Shown: positions 36,387 to 40,306 of the stretch, piece by piece
Numbering within the stretch: the stretch's first letter is position 1
Layout of the letters: the number at the start of each line of letters is the position of its first letter
Assembly: GCA_015064795.1 (NCBI GenBank)
Contig: SVRO01000002.1
Span: forward strand, 1-40,306
DNA length: 40,306 nt
Origin: Oscillospiraceae bacterium
Lineage (GTDB): Bacteria > Bacillota > Clostridia > Oscillospirales > CAG-272
Direction of reading: 5' to 3'
Notes under the pieces: generated by a model
Seen by the model: the letters and a program-made list of their open reading frames with translations, nothing else
Told to the model about the DNA's origin: nothing
Databases searched by the model: none
Position numbers and translations under genes: made by a program

Positions 36387-38819
36387 ATGTCAAAAACGCT
36401 TACCGAAGCGCAGGTTCGGAAAAATATAGAATCCAAGCTGTCCGGTCAGTTCGGGTGTACGGTCAAGGAGGCCTCGCGCGAGCAGATGTACAAGGCGGCG
36501 GCGATGACGGTAAAGGACATTTTGACAGCGAAACGGGCCAACTATAAAAACAAAGTAAACGAAGTGGGAGCCAAGCGTGTTTACTATATGTGCATGGAAT
36601 TTTTGCTTGGCCGCTCCTTAAAAACCAATCTTTCCAATCTCGGACTTATGGAAGAATACCGTGCGGCACTTGACTCACTCGGCTTTTCACTTGAGGACCT
36701 TTACGAGTGCGAGCCCGATGCGGGACTTGGGAACGGCGGCCTTGGCCGCCTTGCCGCCTGCTTTATGGATTCGCTTTCCTCGCTTGACTATCCCGCTACG
36801 GGCTTTTCGATCTGCTACGAGTACGGACTTTTTAAGCAGATGATCGTGGACGGTATGCAGATCGAGCTGCCGGATATTTGGCTTCCCGGTGGGGAGGTAT
36901 GGCTTACGCCGCGTACCGATCGCATCTTTAAGGTGCGTATGGGCGGTCGCGTGAGGGAGGAATGGCGAGAGGGACATCTCGGAATTCGCTATGAGGGTGG
37001 CGAGGTCATTGAGGCCGTGCCTTACGATATGATGATATCGGGTGCGGATAGCGAGGCCGTCAGCCTTTTGCGGCTTTGGCGTGCGCGGGATATTCAAAAC
37101 TTCAATATGGGGCTTTTCACGCAAGGGCAGTATATGCGCGCACTGGAGGAAAGCACCAACGCCGAGATCATTTCCAAGGTTCTATATCCTTCTGACAATC
37201 ACACCGAGGGAAAGCTACTTCGGCTTTCCCAGCAATATTTTCTCGTTTCGGCATCGGTGCAGAGCATCGTGCGCGACCACATGGCCGTTTACGGTACGCT
37301 GGATAATTTCGCGGAAAAGGTGGCCATTCACATCAACGACACTCACCCCGCGCTCTGTATTCCCGAGCTTATGCGCCTGTTGATCGACGAGTATTTCTTC
37401 CCGTGGGAAAAGGCGTGGGAAACGGTGCTTCATACCGTTTCGTACACCAATCACACCGTAATGCCCGAGGCGCTTGAAACCTGGAACGAGGATCTTTTCA
37501 AGCTGAGGCTCCCGCGTATTTACCGCATTATCAAGGAGATCAACGAGCGCTTTTGCCGCGATGCATGGCAGAATTTCCCGGGAAATTGGGATCGCATTGC
37601 GGGCATGAGCGTGATCGGCTACGGACAGGTACGCATGGCCAATCTTTCGGTGGTGGGGTCGCATTCGGTGAACGGTGTTTCGAGGCTTCATTCGGACATT
37701 TTGAAAAGCGACACCTTTAAGGATTTTTACCGTATGTATCCCGACCGCTTCGATAACGTCACCAACGGTGTGGCGCACCGCCGCTGGCTTTGCTATTCAA
37801 ACCCAAGGCTTGCCGCGCTTCTCGATGAATGTATTGGCCCCGCATACCGAAAGGAGCCTCAAAGGCTTGCGGATTTTGCGAAGTTTGCCAACGACGGCGG
37901 CGTGCTTGCGAGTCTTCGCGACATTAAGCACCAAAATAAGATTGCTTTTTCGCATTATTTGATGAAAAAAACGGGCAAGAGCTTGGATACGCATTCGGTT
38001 TTTGACGTGCAGATCAAGCGCTTGCACGAATATAAGCGTCAGCTTTTAAACGCTCTTCACATCGTGGGCCTCTATCTCGATCTTAAAGAGAATCCCGATA
38101 GAGAAATGCAGCCGCAGACCTTTATTTTCGGTGCGAAGGCGGCACCCGGCTATCAAATGGCAAAGCAGATCATCAAGCTTCTTTGCTATATCAGTCGCGA
38201 TATCGACCAAAATCCGCGTATTCGCGACAAGCTGCAGGTGGTCTTCCTTGAGGACTATAACGTAAGTCTTGCCGAAGCGCTCATTCCCGCCGCTGAGATT
38301 AGTGAACAGATCTCGCTTGCGGGTAAGGAGGCCAGCGGAACGGGCTGCATGAAGCTGATGATGAACGGCGCGATCACGGTGGGTACGCTTGACGGTGCTA
38401 ACGTGGAGATGCTGGAAGCTGTGGGCAAGGAAAATATGTTTATTTTCGGTCTTAACAGCAGAGAGGTCGACGAGCTTTGGACGCGCGGCTATCACGCGGC
38501 CTCTTATTACAGCAATAACGAGCGCTTGGGGCGGATCATCAATTATCTTCATGTCGGCTTTGCCGGCGAGTCCTTTTCGGATATTGCGATGTATCTTTTG
38601 TCGGGCTACGGTATTGCCGATCCGTATATGTGCTTGGCGGATTTTGAATCTTATCGCGGGGCGCACGCCGAGATGCTTGCGGCCTATGCCGACAAACCGA
38701 GGTGGAACCGTATGTCGCTCTTGAACATTGCCTCATCGGGATATTTTGCGGCCGACCGAAGCGTAGAGGAATACGCCTCGCGCATATGGGGATTGAAAAA
38801 AGTCAAGTCCGAGAGTTGA
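36387..38819 (+). CDS. glgP: glycogen/maltodextrin phosphorylase
   Basis: ATG at 36387 with RBS AAAGGA. Contains the PLP-lysine motif EASGTGCMKLMMNGA. 810 aa GT35. Confidence 0.9.
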   Translation: MSKTLTEAQVRKNIESKLSGQFGCTVKEASREQMYKAAAMTVKDILTAKRANYKNKVNEVGAKRVYYMCMEFLLGRSLKTNLSNLGLMEEYRAALDSLGFSLEDLYECEPDAGLGNGGLGRLAACFMDSLSSLDYPATGFSICYEYGLFKQMIVDGMQIELPDIWLPGGEVWLTPRTDRIFKVRMGGRVREEWREGHLGIRYEGGEVIEAVPYDMMISGADSEAVSLLRLWRARDIQNFNMGLFTQGQYMRALEESTNAEIISKVLYPSDNHTEGKLLRLSQQYFLVSASVQSIVRDHMAVYGTLDNFAEKVAIHINDTHPALCIPELMRLLIDEYFFPWEKAWETVLHTVSYTNHTVMPEALETWNEDLFKLRLPRIYRIIKEINERFCRDAWQNFPGNWDRIAGMSVIGYGQVRMANLSVVGSHSVNGVSRLHSDILKSDTFKDFYRMYPDRFDNVTNGVAHRRWLCYSNPRLAALLDECIGPAYRKEPQRLADFAKFANDGGVLASLRDIKHQNKIAFSHYLMKKTGKSLDTHSVFDVQIKRLHEYKRQLLNALHIVGLYLDLKENPDREMQPQTFIFGAKAAPGYQMAKQIIKLLCYISRDIDQNPRIRDKLQVVFLEDYNVSLAEALIPAAEISEQISLAGKEASGTGCMKLMMNGAITVGTLDGANVEMLEAVGKENMFIFGLNSREVDELWTRGYHAASYYSNNERLGRIINYLHVGFAGESFSDIAMYLLSGYGIADPYMCLADFESYRGAHAEMLAAYADKPRWNRMSLLNIASSGYFAADRSVEEYASRIWGLKKVKSES

Positions 38820-38832
38820 AAAGGAGTCTTAT

Positions 38833-40306
38833 ATGTTGCCAAAACTTCACCAAGAGATCGAGAAGAGAAGTGCGCCCGTCATTCAAAGGAGCGTGGACAC
38901 CTGGGACGTTTCACGCCGTGGTGCCTTCCCGCTTGGTACGGTGCTTCGCTTTTCGGTGCATTTGCCGAGAAGGCTCGGGGTGTCGGCTGTCGTGATGCGT
39001 CTGTGGCGGGACGGCGAGGAGGCGCGCGACCTTCCGCTTGCCTTTTCGTCGAGCGCGTGTGGCGTGGACGATTATACCTTAACACTTAAGCTGGACGCTT
39101 CGCTTTGCGGCGGTGAGGACGGACTTCTTTATTATGAGATCCTGTTTTTACGAGGGGGCGAAACGCTTTTTACCAACTCGATCAACAACGTGGATTTTTT
39201 CCTCGGCGATAGCCCGTCGACTCCCTTCCGTCTGCTCGTTTACCGCGCGGATTTTTGCGTACCCGCGTGGTTTGCGGGCGGCACGATGTATCACGTGTTC
39301 GTCGATCGGTTTTGCCGCGGCCAAGAGTCCCCTCATGTTCGCTCCGATGCCATTTTTAACGACGATTGGGAAAACGGTGTTCCTCAATATCCCGAACAGT
39401 CGGGAGATGATTTTTCCAACAACGAGTTTTTTGGCGGTGACCTTACGGGCATTGTGCAAAAGCTGGACTATCTTGTATCACTTGGCGTTACGGTGCTTTA
39501 TCTCAGCCCCATTTTCAAGGCGTATTCCAATCATAAGTACGATACGGGTGATTACGAAAAAGTGGACGAGGCGTTTGGCGGGAACGAAGCACTTCTGCGC
39601 CTTATCGAAGCGGCGAGGAAAAAGGGGATCCGCATTCTTTTGGACGGCGTATTCAACCATACGGGCGACGATAGCCGTTATTTTAACCGCTACGGAAAAT
39701 ACGAGTCGCTCGGGGCCTATGAGTCTAAGGATTCGCCGTATTTTCCGTGGTATATCTTCCGCGAGCATCCGCATTCCTACGAGAGCTGGTGGGGAATCCG
39801 CATCTTGCCCAAATTGAATCCCGCATGCAAGGCTTGCCGCGATTATTTTGTGGGGGAGGACGGAATTATCGCACGGTATCTTAAAATGGGAATCGGGGGC
39901 TGGCGCTTGGACGTGGCAGACGAGCTGTCGGACGAATTTTTGGACGAATTACGAAGTGTGGCCAAAAAGACCGACGGGGACGCGTTCATCATTGGCGAGG
40001 TTTGGGAAAATGCCGCCGACAAGGTAGCCTACGGCAAGCGGCGGCGCTATTTTCGAGGCACACAGCTTGACAGCGTGATGAACTATCCTCTCAAAAATGC
40101 CATTCTTGCTTTTGTCTTGGAGGGAGATGCGGAGTGCTTCTATAATACCGTGACGGAGCTTTATTCCTCCTATCCGCCCTTCGTTTGCGATGCACTTATG
40201 AATCTGCTTGGTACGCACGATACGGCGCGAATTTTGTCGGTATTGGGCAACGCTCCGCTTGACCGAATGTCCAATGCGGATTTGGCGACTTACCGTTTTT
40301 CCGGGG
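38833..40306 (+). CDS. GH13 alpha-amylase-family glycosidase (neopullulanase/cyclomaltodextrinase-like), 3'-truncated by the window end
   Basis: This ORF is not in the supplied track because it runs off the window. The ATG at 38833 has RBS AAGGAG 6 nt upstream. GH13 regions are present: DGVFNH (I), GWRLDVADE (II), IIGEVWE (III) and LLGTHD (IV). The frame is open to 40306. Confidence 0.85.
   Translation, partial: MLPKLHQEIEKRSAPVIQRSVDTWDVSRRGAFPLGTVLRFSVHLPRRLGVSAVVMRLWRDGEEARDLPLAFSSSACGVDDYTLTLKLDASLCGGEDGLLYYEILFLRGGETLFTNSINNVDFFLGDSPSTPFRLLVYRADFCVPAWFAGGTMYHVFVDRFCRGQESPHVRSDAIFNDDWENGVPQYPEQSGDDFSNNEFFGGDLTGIVQKLDYLVSLGVTVLYLSPIFKAYSNHKYDTGDYEKVDEAFGGNEALLRLIEAARKKGIRILLDGVFNHTGDDSRYFNRYGKYESLGAYESKDSPYFPWYIFREHPHSYESWWGIRILPKLNPACKACRDYFVGEDGIIARYLKMGIGGWRLDVADELSDEFLDELRSVAKKTDGDAFIIGEVWENAADKVAYGKRRRYFRGTQLDSVMNYPLKNAILAFVLEGDAECFYNTVTELYSSYPPFVCDALMNLLGTHDTARILSVLGNAPLDRMSNADLATYRFSG

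Noticed and set aside
1-40306. Looked for CRISPR arrays, rRNA, intact tRNAs, integrase/transposase genes, prophage genes and tandem repeats.
   Set aside because: I saw no regularly spaced direct repeats, rRNA-like segments, complete cloverleaf tRNAs or recombinase-like ORFs by eye. The only repeat family found is the two-copy MITE-like element reported above.

Overview
Chromosomal window from a moderately GC-rich, probably spore-forming Bacillota (Clostridia-like; inferred only from gene content). It is almost entirely housekeeping. It holds a pyrimidine operon (pyrC-carB-pyrK-pyrD-pyrF-HAD-pyrE-pyrB-pyrI); a lone GerA/SpoVAF-family gene; family-4 UDG; mecA; an XPD/DinG-like helicase; an aminotransferase; and recA-recX. 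On the minus strand are a galK/membrane/MBL/rlmH/DMT block, oadB-oadG, nnrD and a GldAFG-like ABC transporter. A glycogen operon (glgB-C-D-A-P plus a truncated GH13 gene) closes the window. Most ORF-track starts needed trimming to RBS-supported starts, and many intergenic regions carry near-consensus sigma-A promoters and clear hairpin terminators. Three things fall outside ordinary annotation. (1) A ~1.15 kb low-GC insertion (9780-10927) lies between the pyr terminator and the GerA-family gene. It encodes a translationally coupled pair, an RHH / unknown domain / Zn-ribbon protein plus a small membrane protein, under a near-perfect promoter. This is my best candidate for an uncharacterised (TA/Abi-like?) module. 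(2) Two copies of a structured, non-coding, MITE-like repeat (12402-12738 and 26810-27054) have imperfect terminal inverted repeats and compensatory changes that preserve a hairpin. (3) The 5' half of a tRNA-Leu with its own consensus promoter (84-180, minus strand) has no matching 3' half, suggesting an interrupted tRNA or an integration junction at the left window edge. All functional calls rest on motifs read by eye from the translations; no database search was possible.
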